From assembly GCF_009914755.1 (NCBI RefSeq), contig NC_060939.1: a stretch of DNA of 64,000 nucleotides, one strand, 5' to 3'. Origin of the DNA: the human T2T-CHM13v2.0 reference genome, Homo sapiens. The notes under the pieces are model-generated. The model was not told where the DNA came from. It ran no database searches and saw nothing but the letters and a program-made list of their open reading frames with translations. Positions 11,211 through 27,726 of this stretch are shown here, piece after piece. Position 1 is the first letter of the stretch, and the number at the start of each line of letters is the position of its first letter. Both the position numbers and the translations under genes were made by a program.

Positions 11211-13320
11211 AGCCATTTTTACCTCCATGAGGCACTTTATCCTGTTGTGAGGCACTGACCTCACTCTTGCTTCACTTTGGCCTTAGATGCCCCTCATGGT
11301 GTTCCATTTCCCACGCTGAGCCTTGAAAGTCTGTGTCCTGTACCAGATATGAGGGGCCCCTCACATGCAAACAGCGGGAAAAGCTGCTCAGCTTGTAGTG
11401 AAGAGGGAGGATGGAAGGCTTGGGACGTGGGAGCAGACAAAGGGCTTTCAGGACCAGAGGTTTCAGAGCACTTTTGTTCAAAGCATTGTTCATTCAGCCC
11501 TTCATCAACACCTCCTGACTAAGCCACTTGGTATAATTACCTTGCTCCAATAAGAATCATTAGCATTTTCACAGCTAAAAATGCTAAGAACCTTCATATA
11601 TATCGCTGGCCACTTGCACTGGAGGGTGGAGACTGTGTTGCAGCCCTGCTCGGCCTTTGAGGTCTGGCGTGGGCTTGGGCTAGATCTCTCCCTTCCCTGT
11701 GCCTGCCTCCACCTTTGCCCAGTGGACGCAAGATGGCTTCCACCAGTCATCAAACGCTATAGCCTTTTCTTACTGGGTCCTCATAATACCTGGTAGTGAG
11801 AGCAGATGTTTTGCCCCATTTTATGAATGAGGAAGCCTAGTCTCAGAAAGACTTGGCAAGGCTATGGGTAAGTGCATGGAAGAGGTCCCTGGGTCCACAA
11901 CTTCTGTTCGCTACTCCACATTCTTCTGGACTCTACCCATGTTCTTGCACCTGCCACCATGGCCTGCCTCTCACTACCCTCATCCTTTTCCTCAACCATC
12001 TATATCCATTCACTCTGGGCTTCTCTCCGCAGACACTCATATTCCATCAAAATCTATCTCCTTTCCTTCTCCCACCTCTTCCAGGGCCTGGTTTGAGGCT
12101 AGACCCTTAGTCAAAGTGATTCTGCCTGAGACAATGATGGTCCAAAATGGGGTCACGAGTTACTACTTTCAGGAAATGAAACTCATATTTAGCATGCCTT
12201 CCTCAAATCAAAATGCCATCCCCAAAGGGAATGACTCATGGATGATGGAAATTTCTGGTACCTTGGCAGGCCAGAGTGACAGCTGCTGCCCTTGGTGAAG
12301 CTAGCCTATGGAGAAGCAGACAGAGACCTGAGTAAGCCTAGTGGCTGAGTCACCTTGGGCTCATCACTCCCCTCACTGACCCTCAGTGAAGTTCCTCTGA
12401 CCCTCCGGTGAAGGGGTGAACCAGATTCTGGCTGAGATAAACTCCAATCCATGTTCCATCTTCTCGAAAGTCCCAGCACACACAGTCTTGGGTCTGTGGA
12501 TCTTCCTCAAAATTTACTGGTATTTTGCCTTCATCTCTCCTACCTTCCTTATGAGGAGTTTCAAATTACCTAGAAAAGTCCCACTTGATCATCTCCCTTC
12601 CAATAGCTTTAAGATGTATCAGGTTTGTTTTTTTGTTTTTTTTACCTTACCTTGGCTTCCATTTTCCTGTTTGCTTCTTGCAGACAGAGAAGCCAGAAAG
12701 AGGGAATCAAGAAAGTGTTGAATTCAATGAATACTTCTTTAGTAACAATTATCTGTCAGGTACATGGAGCAAATAAGAAGGAGCATGGGTCATGATTTTT
12801 GCCCTCAGGACCCCAAACTACAGTCCAGTCTGAGGTGGGGCCAGATGAGGACCATAGGAGAGGAATGAAGCAAGAGCTGAGCGGGGGTTGGGAGAAGATT
12901 TGCTGAGCATGGAGTTGCTCAGCAAGGTAAGAGGGGCAGCCCCACTAAAGACAGAAAAGTGAGTCTGCATAGGGTGTTGTCTTTCTTTTGCATTTATTAC
13001 ACAAACAAACAGCAACGATGGAAATCATGGGGGAAGAAATCATCACAATCCTCCCCGCTAACACATCAGATGTTTTTATTTTTCCAAGTGCTTTTCCAGG
13101 CCCTGGTGACATTTATGCAAAAATGTTATGTTGTGGTAAACACAGCACGAGCCCAGTTCCGCATCCAGCTGTTCTCACTTAGCCAAGCATGTCTCTGTGT
13201 TGCTACACAAACTTCATCGGTTTAACAGCTGCACAATATTTCACCGGGTGCTTCCACCAATACCACCAACAATGAATGGATGTGCCGGCTTCCTGAAATG
13301 TGTGTACTGATTAGTGCTGC

Positions 13321-13356
<36 letters not shown>
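13321..13356. repeat. (ATT)n microsatellite
   Basis: Seen directly. Confidence 0.95.
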
Positions 13357-13357
<1 letters not shown>

Positions 13358-13525
13358 TTAAATGTTTATTCATTTGTTAAACATAGAATTGTTATATTTT
13401 CTGTATTTCCTTGATAAGTAGAAGGGTTGAACATGTATCAGTTCTTTTGTTTGCTAATTATAGCTCCTCTTGTTGGAATGATCTGTTTGGGTTCTTTAGT
13501 TTCCCTGGACCTGCTACGGTGTACA

Positions 13526-13630
13526 TAGGGTGAGTAACAGCCCTGGTTTGCTCAGGACTGAGGTGGGTTCCCTGGGCATAGGGCTTTCAGGGAGCCCTCC
13601 TGAAAACCCAGGATAAGTTGGTCACCCTAT
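13526..13630. mobile_element. MER81-type hAT-Blackjack MITE
   Basis: Terminal inverted repeats TAGGGTGA...TCACCCTA. Confidence 0.7.
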
Positions 13631-13759
13631 TTTTATATAATAGGCACAGCAATTGTGCAGTTAGTTCTTGATGAATTCCATTCCACGCTCCCAAATAAGC
13701 CTTCCTTTCTTCTTCATCTGTAATAGTCATAAGAGTCATTATAAGAAATACATGAAATA

Positions 13760-14130
<371 letters not shown>

Positions 14131-14460
14131 TTAATAAATTTAGAGGAAGAGGGTATAGCATATTGATTAAGATTTTGTCACGTAGAATCACACTGCCTGC
14201 ATTCAGATCCTGCCTGCTTGGTTTCCTCCTCTGCAAAACTGAGATAATAATTACCTGTGTCATACTTCTTATGAAGATTAAATGAGCTAATTTAAGCAAA
14301 ATACGTGGAATAGGGTCAGGCAAATTGTAAGCCCCCGGATGTTAGCTTCTCTTTATGGTAGTAGAAATGGCAGTCATATGTACCAGTAACTGCCATTATT
14401 GATCATCTACTACATCAGGCACTGCTAAGGTGACCAGCTGTCCCAGTTTGTCTGGATTAG

Positions 14461-15108
<648 letters not shown>

Positions 15109-16100
15109 TAATTGTGGTGAAATATGCATAACGTTAAATTGACCACTTTATTTTGAAGTGTCTATTTCAGTGGCATGAAGTACATTCGCAATGTTGTGCA
15201 ACCATCACCACCATTTCCTGACATTATCCTTTTACAATTTTTTAATTTGGTCATGTGCTGACTCTTTCTACATTTATACCACCCTCACCGTGTGCGCAGG
15301 AAACAGAGGGTTTTCACTCCCAGGAAAGCCCTGTGAGCCACCAGTCATCCTGATGTAAGCCGAACATCATCTGCTTGCAGTTACACAAGTGCCAGTAATA
15401 CTGAGTCTGTGGCTATGGCCACATATGCCTCACCTCTCCCATCTCCTCTTCCTCCTCTAAGTGTGTCCACTGAGGTACCACAAAGGACTCAGCAAGCTGA
15501 GATCAGGAATGAAGGGATCAGCATTGTTTCATGGAAAGTATTTGAAAGAGTGATGAGTCTGCACTGCATCTGGGCAGATGCTTTTGTTCAGGGAGGTGAT
15601 GCCTCCGGCCTCTCTGTCCAGGAGACCATAAGACCCAGCACTGGGAAATCCTCCATCACGCTGTGACTAAAACCAAACCTGAAGCATGTGAGTTTAGCCC
15701 AGTTAAGATGCTCCTGAGAACACGGCCCATCAGTCCCTGCACATTAAGGCTGCTCAGGGACCGGCAGGCAGCCTCCGGGTTCCCGTGAGGGTGCAAGGCT
15801 CCGAGAGAGCTGCACCAGCAGTGGGGTTGGGCCAGGAGTGAGGGCTGTCTTCCTTCCCCCGAGTTTCTACCACCCACCCTTTCTTTGAACTCTCTTCAGA
15901 TCTTTATCCCATTCATCTTTTGCCTTCTATAGACCATGGACTCCTGGAGGGCAGGAACACCATCTCACTGCCGCCTGTGCTTGAGCGTGCAGGCGCTCAA
16001 TCACCTGCATTGCCTCAGAGAAGAGCAGGTGTCTTAGGGGTTTGGTCCTGTGCTAACTATGGCAAAGGACTAAGAATATGAAAATAATAATACTAAGCAC

Positions 16101-16395
16101 TTTCTCTCTTTTCTTTTCTTTTTTTAAGACAGGGTCTCATAAAAGACAGGTCTTTTGGGCTGGAGTGCAGTACACAACCATGGCTCACTGCAGGCTTCAA
16201 CTCCTGGGCTCGAGCAATCCTCCCGCCTCAGCCTCCCAAGTGCATCACCAAGCCTGGCTAATTTTTTATTTTTTTATAGAGAGGGTGGTCTCACTACATT
16301 GCCAAGGCTGGTCTTGAACTCCTGAGCACAAGCGATCCTTCTGCCTCAGCCTCCCAAAGTGCTGGGATTACAGGCGTGAGGAACCACTTCCTGCC
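16101..16395 (-). mobile_element. AluJ-type
   Basis: Antisense Alu with internal deletion. Confidence 0.85.
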
Positions 16396-16686
16396 TAAAT
16401 ACTTTCTGTGTGCCAAACTCTGTGCCAATGCTTTCCATCAAGTGTCCTCACCACGACCCTATGAGGAGGTTCATGCCCTTTTTTAACCATAGAAAAACTG
16501 GAGTGAGTTCAGAGGAGTGTGACAAGGGACATGAGTGGCCTTTGGGGTGAGCTTACTGGGTGATAAGAGAGGCCTCCCGAGGGCAGGATGCCCACTCAGG
16601 CAGGCTCTGAAAGGGAAAGGCTACAAGAACTGCAGGGGCCTGCGGAGGAGAATGTGCAATAAACAGAGGCCTATAGAAAATAATTA

Positions 16687-17248
<562 letters not shown>

Positions 17249-18753
17249 TTAAGCAGAAGGTGTCTGCTGTGGTGGCTTTGCCTGGAGTAATTTGTAATTG
17301 ACACAGTTTTCACGACCTTCTCTGGGTTTCCTCTCATTTATTTTTTTTTTCGGTTAACAGAATAGTGATGAGTAATTTTATCTGACTTCACTGTGACATC
17401 AACTGGCACATCTCCTAAAGTAGCCTTTTGTCTACTGACTGCCCTTCAGGGGGATATATTTATATTTATGTCTCATTTATTCTCCTCCTCTGTGGATTGT
17501 GGTTTTCTGGGAGAGAAGTAAACTCCACTTTAGGGGAACATGGAAAATCCAATTGTTTAATAGATGATAAATCGCATTTCCTTTCTCTTTTTTCAAAAGA
17601 TGAGCTGTTAAGAATCACATGTTAGGAACGGTTGTCATGCTAGAAATACATGGCTCCCAATGTTTACACCTTATGAGTTTCTGGGGTATTGGCTGCCATT
17701 TTTACCCATTTTTTATTTTATTTATGTTAATACTCTGTGCCATTTGGTCCACTACACCTGAACATGAATTTATGTCCATCTGCATTCATTGATCACTCGG
17801 CTCTTTACAAACAGGGCCCTGTTCATGCAGTCGCTTTCCATCCTCATGCATTCTGCTTCAGAGGTACTGGATCACTTACCACTGTCCAGGTGCTCTGGGC
17901 TGTCTCCCCTACTATGTCTTTGCCATGCCATCACCATTGCAAAAAAGAAGAAGAAGAAAAAAGCCTTCCCACTTATTATCTGCCTTGATCATGCCTATAA
18001 ATCTATTTGGTACCAGTTCAGCCCTGCACCTTTCTCCTGGAGACCTTCACAAGCCTCTCGTCTAGTTATAGCACCCTCCATTCCCCTCTGTCACATGCTA
18101 TCATGATGGTGCTTGTGTGGGATCTCCTTGAAGGCAAAGACCTGACTTTGTATCTTATTCATTCTTATATCCAGGGCCATTGCATTGCATAGTGTGTGGC
18201 ATGACATAATTTCTCAATAAATCCATATTAAGTAAAAACAAAACAAATATCTCTGTAGGAAAGGATTCAATTCACTATGCCACGTTCTCCATGAAGACTT
18301 CTTTGATCCTTCCAACCTGGAAGACATTTCTACCTGTGGGCTCCTGCTCACTCCACCTGTGCCTCCCTTTGAACCTGATACCTTTCTGATTTTCCATTCT
18401 ACCAGCAAACCGCCAGGAACGCAGGAGGCGCTAAGTGGTCACCAAATGAAAGTTAGTTGAAAACGGAACTGAATTTGCTCACAGTCACACCGAGATAATC
18501 ATTCTGGAATACTCTTGCATCCATGCAGTTTTTCCCTCACATTGTGAAAACAACATTCCTAGGAATCCAGAGAAGAACTTCAATCCTGAAACAGAATATT
18601 CTGTGTGAGTAGTATCTCCATCTTTCCCTGACTGTAGAGGTACATGGAATTTATTGTTGTCGTTGTTGTCTTGAGGTTCTCAGAATTTTAAAGGTCTACA
18701 GTTGGGCTTTAAGGAACTTGAAAGGTCACCTAGCCCTTTAAAGCCACTTTATC

Positions 18754-20037
18754 GGCCAGCCTCGGCCTCCCGAGGTGCCGGGATTGCACACAGAATCTCG
18801 CTCACTCAGTGCTCAATGTTGCCCAGGCTGGAGTGCAGTGGCGTGATCTCGGCTCGCTACAACCTCCACCTCCCAGCCGCCTGCCTTGGCCTCCCAAAGT
18901 GCCGAGATTGCAGCCTCTACCCGGCCGCCACCCCGTCTAAGAAGTGAGGAGCATCTCTGCCCGGCCGCCCATCATCTGGGATGTGAGGAGCCCCTCCTCC
19001 CGGCCGCCCAGTCTGGGAAGTGAGGAGCACCTCTTCCAGGCCGTCATCCCGTCTAGGAAGTGAGGAGCGTCTCTGCCCGGCCGCCCATCGTCTGGGATGT
19101 GGGGAGCGCCTCTGCCCCGCCGCCACCCCGTCTGGGAGGTGAGGAGTGTCTCTGACCGGCCGCCCCGTCTGGGAAGTGAGGAGCCCCTCCGCCCGGCAGC
19201 TGCCCTGTCTGGGAGGGGAGGAACATCTCCGCCCGGCAGCCACCCCATCCAGGAGGTGGGGGGCAGCCCCCGCCCGGCCAGCCGCCCCATCCTGGAGGTG
19301 GGTGGCAGACTCCGCCCGGCCAGGCGCCCAGTCCGGGAGGTGAGGGGCGCCTCTGCCGGGCCGCCCCGTCTGGGAAGTGAGGAGCCCCTCTGCCCGGCCG
19401 CCACCCCGTCTGGGAGGTGTACCCAACAGCTCATTAAGAGCGGGCCATGATGACGATGGCGGTTTTGTCGAATAGAAAGGGGGGAAGTGTGGGGAAAAGA
19501 AAGAGAGATCGGATTGTTACTGTGTCTGTGTGGAAAGAAGTAGGCATAGGAGACTCCATTTTGTTCTGTACTAAGAAAAATTCTTCTGCCTTGGGATGCT
19601 GTTAATCTATAACCTTACCCCCAACCCCGTGCTCTCTGAAACATGTGCTGTGTCCACTCAGGGTTAAATGGATTAAGGGCGGTGCAAGATGTGCTTTGTT
19701 AAACAGATGCTTGAAGGCAGCATGCTCGTTAAGGGTCATCACCACTCCCTAATCTCAAGTACCCAGGGACACAAACACTGCGGAAGGCGGCAGGGCCCTC
19801 TGCCTAGGAAAGCCAGAGACCTTTGTTCACATGTTTATCTGCTTACCTTCCCTCCACTATTGTCCTATGACCCTGCCAAATCCCCCTCTACGAGAAACAC
19901 CCAAGAATGATCAATAAATACTAAAAAAAAAAAAAACAAAAAACAAAAAACAACAACAACAACAAAAAACTCCACTTAACAAAACACAATCTGATTAGTT
20001 TCTGAATAAAGTAAATAAAACCTGTAAAAAAAAAAAA
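18754..20037 (+). mobile_element. 5'-truncated SVA (older, B/C-like) with 3' transduction
   Basis: Alu-like region, GC-rich VNTR ~18915-19420, SINE-R to AATAAA and A-rich tail (~19922-19969), extra unique sequence, second poly(A); TSD AAAGCCACTTTATC at 18740-18753 and 20035-20048. Confidence 0.97.
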
Positions 20038-20766
20038 GCCACTTTATCTTCAGGGTTTAGAAACCGTTGTCTAGAAAGACAGATCATTCATCAAGGTAAG
20101 TCAATGGCCAATAGAGTGGGTCCCATCTATACTACCTCTCTCTGTATAGATATAGTGAGGGCTGATCAAGCTATGATACAGAGTAGGGCTTGATTGCTGA
20201 GCATGATATGCAGGAAACAAGTAACTTAATAAACCCGCCTGACTGAGTCTAGAAGGGGAGCATTATTCTCCCTCTTATTGATGAGCTGCAAAGCTCACAA
20301 CCCTCAGAGAGTCTAAACCAGCCCAGGATACTGGGTCAGTACTCTGAAGAGAGGAACCAGAAGCCCCGAAAAATACTTGGCCTGACTGTGGCCTTGGTCT
20401 CTTCCTGATATTCTCCCTCATCATGTCTAGGTCTGACTTAGGGAAGAATCCTCAAGTGCTGAGGGAATAGTGAGAATTTAGAAAGGCCATTCAGAACATA
20501 TGTACTGAGTTCAGCAAGCCACTATCATAGTCACCAGGTCAGGGGTCCATGAGAGTAGTGAACTTACACTACTTGCCCACAATACTTGGCACAAAGCCTG
20601 GCACCTAGCAAAGACTGCCCAATCCACATTTGTTGGGTTGAAATCGAGTCAAGTATGCACACTTCACCAATGTGTTTGTCAAAACTGGAGCGATGCAGAG
20701 AAGATGGCAAGGTCCCAGTGCTAGGATACATGCAAATCCATAAAGGGATATAAACACACACAGGAA

Positions 20767-21107
<341 letters not shown>

Positions 21108-21225
21108 TCAAAACCCCAAAAGGAAGAATATTGACCAATCTCAGAGGAGTGACTGCCACAGGGACCAGCACTGGGTGGGGTTCAAAGGAAACTTGATATG
21201 TGTCTATTATGTACTATGTTTTATT

Positions 21226-21237
21226 TCTTCTCTTTTC

Positions 21238-21268
<31 letters not shown>

Positions 21269-21523
21269 TTTTTGAGACAGGATATCGCTCTGTCACCCAG
21301 GCTGGAGGGCAGTGGCGCCATCATGGCTCACTGCAGCTTTGACCTCCCGGGCTCAAGCAATTCTCCCACCTCAGCCTCCTGTCTAGCTGCTGGAATTACT
21401 GGCAGGCACAACCACACCCCACAAATTTTTTTTTATTTTTTTGTAGAGATGAGGTCTCACTATGTTGCCTAGGCTGGTCTCAAAGTCCTAGGCTCAAGTG
21501 ATCCTCCCACCTCTGCCTCCCAG
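21226..21523 (-). mobile_element. AluJ, slightly 5'-truncated
   Basis: TSD TGTTTTATTTCTT. Confidence 0.9.
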
Positions 21524-21704
21524 TGTTTTATTTCTTAACCAAAAAAAGAAAATAAAGGAGGAACTGAAACAAATATGATAAAATGTATTTATTAATTGTA
21601 GGCAATGGATACATTGGTGTTATATTAACTTCTGTAATTTTCTGAAGGTTTGAGTTTTTAAAAATAATATTGCAGCAGTATGCTACAAAAATCATTATTT
21701 TTGT

Positions 21705-22571
<867 letters not shown>

Positions 22572-23120
22572 AGTCCCCAAACAAGCCAAAGTGAGATGCA
22601 AGACCTCTGCCTGGATTTGCAAAAGATTTTGTGACCCTCAGCCAACCACCTACCTCAAGCCTACGGAACATTTGGAGAGATGGCATTGGTTGGAGAGCCT
22701 CCAGTTTTCTTAAGCTCCTCACCTCAAGCCTAAGAATATGGGCTCCAATCAGACCACTGGAAATCACAGCATGTGTCTCCTGAACTTTCAGAAACAAACA
22801 GACTGGTGACTGATTTGCACCTGAGATATCTAGTTCAGGAAAGAGTGTCTTGTTGCTCTGGGAACAGACTTTGGGATTTGACTGCCCTCCCAGATTTTGA
22901 TGAGACAAAGAATAGGTGCGTATTTCTAGTGGAGGGAGGAAGAACAAACCAGTTCAGGACCTTCTTGGAAGCTGTGGGGCTGGACCACAAGATTCTCAGG
23001 GGCTAAGGAAGGCGCTGTAAGCAGCCAGCCAGAGGAAAAGGTATCAGCCCCAAAACAGGAAGTGGAGGAGTTTTCGAAGAACCTTTTAAAGTCCCATGGG
23101 AGAGAAAGAGTTAACTTTCA

Positions 23121-23340
<220 letters not shown>

Positions 23341-25142
23341 GAAATTTCTGTCCACTTTCTCCTCCACATTCTGCCCTGTTCTAACTTTGGAGAGTCAGAA
23401 ACTGGTTAGTAGGGTGCATGAGAAGAACTAGGTGAAGAAAAAGAAAGAATTTTCTTTTGACTACAGGCCTACATAGGTCAAAGCTAGGGAAGTAAAAACA
23501 TTCAACTTTGAATGAAGTGCAAAATTCTAATTATTAATGAGACTGGAGATTTTAATTAATAGACTGGTACTATTTGGGAAACAGAGTGACAAGAGAAACT
23601 TTTTCACTATATTCCCCCCTCTGTACTTCAGTTCTAGTAATTTTCTTGACTTGTCTCCAAGTATACTAATCTTATTTCCTGCTATGTCCCATCTGCTGAT
23701 AAGTCATTCTAATAAATTTCTAATTTCAGATATTGCTTTCTATTTCTAAAGTGTCTACTTGGTTTTTGAAGAATATATTTTAGTTTTCTATTGAAATGTT
23801 TATTCTTTTTACCTATTTCATTCTTTTTTTCCTCCATTTTCTAAAAAATATTAATCAAAAGAAGTTCTTGTGTGCTAACTCCAATACCAGGGTCATCTCT
23901 GAGTCTGCTTCTATTGACTGTTTCATTCCTTGGTAATTGGTCTCTTTTTTCCTGCCTCTTTGAGTATCTAATAATTTTATTGTATGCCAAATGTTGTGGA
24001 TGGTACATTGCAGAGGCTCTGGATTATGTAATACTCCTTAAGAGAGTGTTAAATTTTGTTCTTGCACAAAGTAAAATTACCAAATGATCACTTCAATCAT
24101 GTTGAGACTTGAGGATTGGTTTTAGGCTTATTTAGGGCAAGTCTTTTATAGTTTTGCCCTAGTTTCTAAAGGGTAGCCCTTACTTCTAATAAATGGTTCT
24201 TATTCCTATGGTACAATCTTTCTAGAGTCTCAACTGAAAGCTCACATGTTAACCAAGTACGTCTACTCTGGGTACTCCTGAACTTCAAAATCTCCTCAGC
24301 ACTGTCCAGTACTGAAATCTTTGCTTTGCTGTCTAGCCTTCTGGTCACCTGGAATCTCAGCCTACCCATGCATCTTTTATGATTCAGTCAAAGATATGAT
24401 GGAATTTGTGTGTGTGTGCAGATTTTTTTTCACTCCTTTTCTGAGGCTTTCTTCTTACAAGTACACTGACTCTAGCGGCCTACACAGCCATGAACTCTAA
24501 TCTCTATTTCTTCCACGCAGCGTGATTCCTGCTGTCTGCATGGGTTCTGTTTCCCTGCACCATGGCTTGGAGGTAATTTCAGAGTTTCAGTCCAATCCTC
24601 AAATGTTCCGTCTGTCTAACTCCATATAAAGGCTGCAGAAAGGAGAGAAATTGGAGAGGGGAATCGCATAGTTATCCCAGAAAGGCAATAACCCAGATAG
24701 AAAGAGGAAGAGCACTGGGAATTAAATATAATGAGAGCAGTTTTCATGTGTTGTGGTATATCCAGATACTGAAAGATTTTAGCTCTAGTGTAGACAACAT
24801 AACACCAAGGTAAGAAAAGAACAAAGAAAAACCTGGAAAGATATTCCAGTTGAATTTGTGTTAGACTTCTCAAATTGACTTAGGAATTGTGCATTTAAAT
24901 GTTACTTGCAGGTTTAAATCTGAAAGGGTAAAGTTTCTAGCACCCAATAAGGACAGAGAAGGTATAAGTATCCACCTACCTCCTCCATCCTCTGAAACAG
25001 AAAATAACAAAGAGTTTGAAAAGGATAGGAAGACATTTTGGCTTAGTCCAAGATTTGGCAACCAACTCGGGAATGTAAGGACAAAAATGACCAAAACAAC
25101 AAGTCATGGGAAACAGCTGAAAGAAGAGACTGCAGTTGTTTA

Positions 25143-25454
25143 TTAAACCCATTACAGTAATTTTTGATGTTTAAGATTATGCAAATGAATTTTGATCTTT
25201 TCCAATAGGAATATGAACAGAAGGAATAAATAGGATATTTAATTTAAAAAAATACAAATGGCAAAAATCGTAAGAAGAAAACTTTAAATAAAAGCAGAAT
25301 AAAACAACTAGTTACCATTTTTTAAAACTATAAGCATAGCATAGAAATTAAGCATGGAATAATTTAAATAACCAGCAATTCAAACAAGGCAAAGGTCCCC
25401 AAATGGGTAGATTGCTTAAATAAGTTATGATGAATTAAAGAGCTGTATGGATAT
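25143..25454 (+). repeat. Copy 1 of ~310-bp local direct duplication
   Basis: Aligns by eye with 26992-27300, roughly 90% or more identical. Confidence 0.95.
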
Positions 25455-26991
25455 GATCTTATCTTGGCAGAAATAGAATTATTTGAACATATATGCATAT
25501 ATATATATATATACATGTGTGATCTAAATAATATATGTTAATGTGTTAGTGAGAGTTAACATTACAGAGTGGGATTATGAGTTTTCTTTTTGTTCTTTTG
25601 CTTATCTGTACTTACATATTATAATGAAGATATAATGTTTTTGTAACAAGAACTCTTCTCCCATCAACACCAAAAGTCTTGTATTTTTTGTGCATGAAAA
25701 GTTTTTTCTTACTTAAAATTATCAATTTATTTTACACTAATTATACCTGCTTTGCTTATTTGGCTTTGTTTCCACTTTGTGGACAGGAGTAAAGAGATGT
25801 CACTGTTTTAACATCTGTAAGATGGGGATAATACATAGCTCAGAAGGTTACTACCTATGTCCAGCAATAAACTCTTTGCTGTTTAAATCAAACCCCACTG
25901 TTGAATTTAGATTGTTTTGGCTGATGAGGGCCAGAAGAAGAGATCAAGTTACCTTCTTTGATCTCCATTGTCCCCTCCAAGCCACTCCAGCTTTCCTCCT
26001 TCCCTCACAACACTCAGCTGCTTCCAACTCATTCCTTCCAGCTATCTGACCTGGCACCTACCCCCTGCAGTCACCAGCTGATTTCCTGGTCTCTCCTGTA
26101 TTCATGAAGGAATTGAATTGGCCTACTGGCTTGCTGTCTTCCTCTCTAACCTCATGTGGGCTTTAATTCTTGATGATTTCAGTCTCTAACTCTTCACTCC
26201 CTTAGCCCTTCAATTCCTTAACCTCCTTCCCTCTACCCTAGCACAATCCCCTCTTCCCATTGCCATACTCTAGACCAAGTACCCCTGGTAAATTCACCTT
26301 TTCTGAAAACTTCCTTTCAAACATCTTTCTCTCTTCCGAGCTTACTTTCTCTAATACCCCACTTCAACAATTATTAGACTAAATCCATTGATTTCCCCTC
26401 CTTCTTTTCCACATTAAATTTTCAATATCCCATTACTTCCCTCGTGTCTTCATTTCTCATCATTACAATCAGTTCCTTAAAATGCCTTCATCTCCCCTGT
26501 GCCTTTTTCCCCTTATCATATTTGCCTGGCAGAACTCCAACCCTGGTTGAATGCAACTTTTAGATTTCTTTGTACTTGCTTCCAATTATCTGACTGTCAC
26601 CAGAGAAAAGGTGCAGAACCTGGGTGACTGGTTCAGCTTAGACTTCATAACCACAAACGAAACAGGTAACCAACACCACGTGGCAAGCCTGTTCCATTTC
26701 CTTAGTATATTTTCTTTTCTTTTCCCTCCATATCAAGTTGATGACCAGGTGCACCTTCAGAAGCTCTGTCCACTGAGAGGCTATCTATTCCCTTATGACT
26801 GTTTTCAGGGCCACTCCTGAGTGGGACAATAGTGGCGGCAGTCCATCTTTGGCTTGAACCAACATATTGAGCTGACTGATTCATGATCCAGTTTTGGATT
26901 TTTCCCTCCTCTATCAGAGGTTGTGGGGAACCTTCCCCAGGAGGTCATGGTGTGAGCAATTGCCTTGGTGCAACAGAAGTAAATAACGTAG

Positions 26992-27300
26992 TTAAAGCCA
27001 TTATAGTAATTTTTGATTTTTAAGATTATGCAGATGAATTTTGATCTTTTCCAGTAGAAATATGAACAGAAGGAATAAACAGGATATTTAATTAAAAAAT
27101 ACAAATGGCAAAAATCATAAGAAAAAAGTTTAAATAAAGGCAGAATAAAACAACTAGTTACCATTTTTTAAACCTATAAGCATAGAATAGAAATTAAGCA
27201 TGGAATAATTTAAATAACCAGCAATTCAAACAAGACAAATGTCCCCAAATGGATAGATTGCTTAAATAAATTATGATGAATTAAAGAGCTGTATGGATAT
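26992..27300 (+). repeat. Copy 2 of ~310-bp local direct duplication
   Basis: Aligns with 25143-25454. Confidence 0.95.
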
Positions 27301-27388
27301 ATATATACACACACATATATATAATATATGGATATATATACATATATATAATATGTGTGTGTATATATATATACACATATATATAATA

Positions 27389-27436
<48 letters not shown>

Positions 27437-27442
27437 TCTATA
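27297..27442. repeat. Compound (TA)n/(TG)n/(CA)n tract in place of the Alu tail
   Basis: Seen directly. Confidence 0.95.
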
Positions 27443-27726
27443 CAGGTTCTTGCTCTGGCACTCAGGCTGGAGTACAGTGGCACAATCACAGCCCACTGCA
27501 GCTTTGAACTCCTGGGCTCAAGTGATCCGCTCACCTCAGTTTCCCAAGTAGCTGGGACTGCAGGTGCACACCACCACACCTGGCTAATTTTTTTATTTTT
27601 ATTTTTTGTAGAGATGAAATCTCACTATGTTGCCCAGGCTGGCTCTGAACTCCTGGCCTCAAGCAATCCTCCTGCCTCAGCCTCCTAAAGTGCTAGGATT
27701 ACAAGTGTGAGCCACCGCGCTTGGCC
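27443..27726 (-). mobile_element. AluJ
   Basis: Antisense Alu dimer. Confidence 0.9.

Noticed and set aside
18917-19450. Long overlapping Arg/Gly/Pro-rich ORFs and CRISPR-like periodicity
   Set aside because: SVA VNTR: GC-rich tandem units with no unique spacers.
27271-27688. Ile/Tyr-repeat ORFs
   Set aside because: Translation of a (TA)n tract plus Alu.
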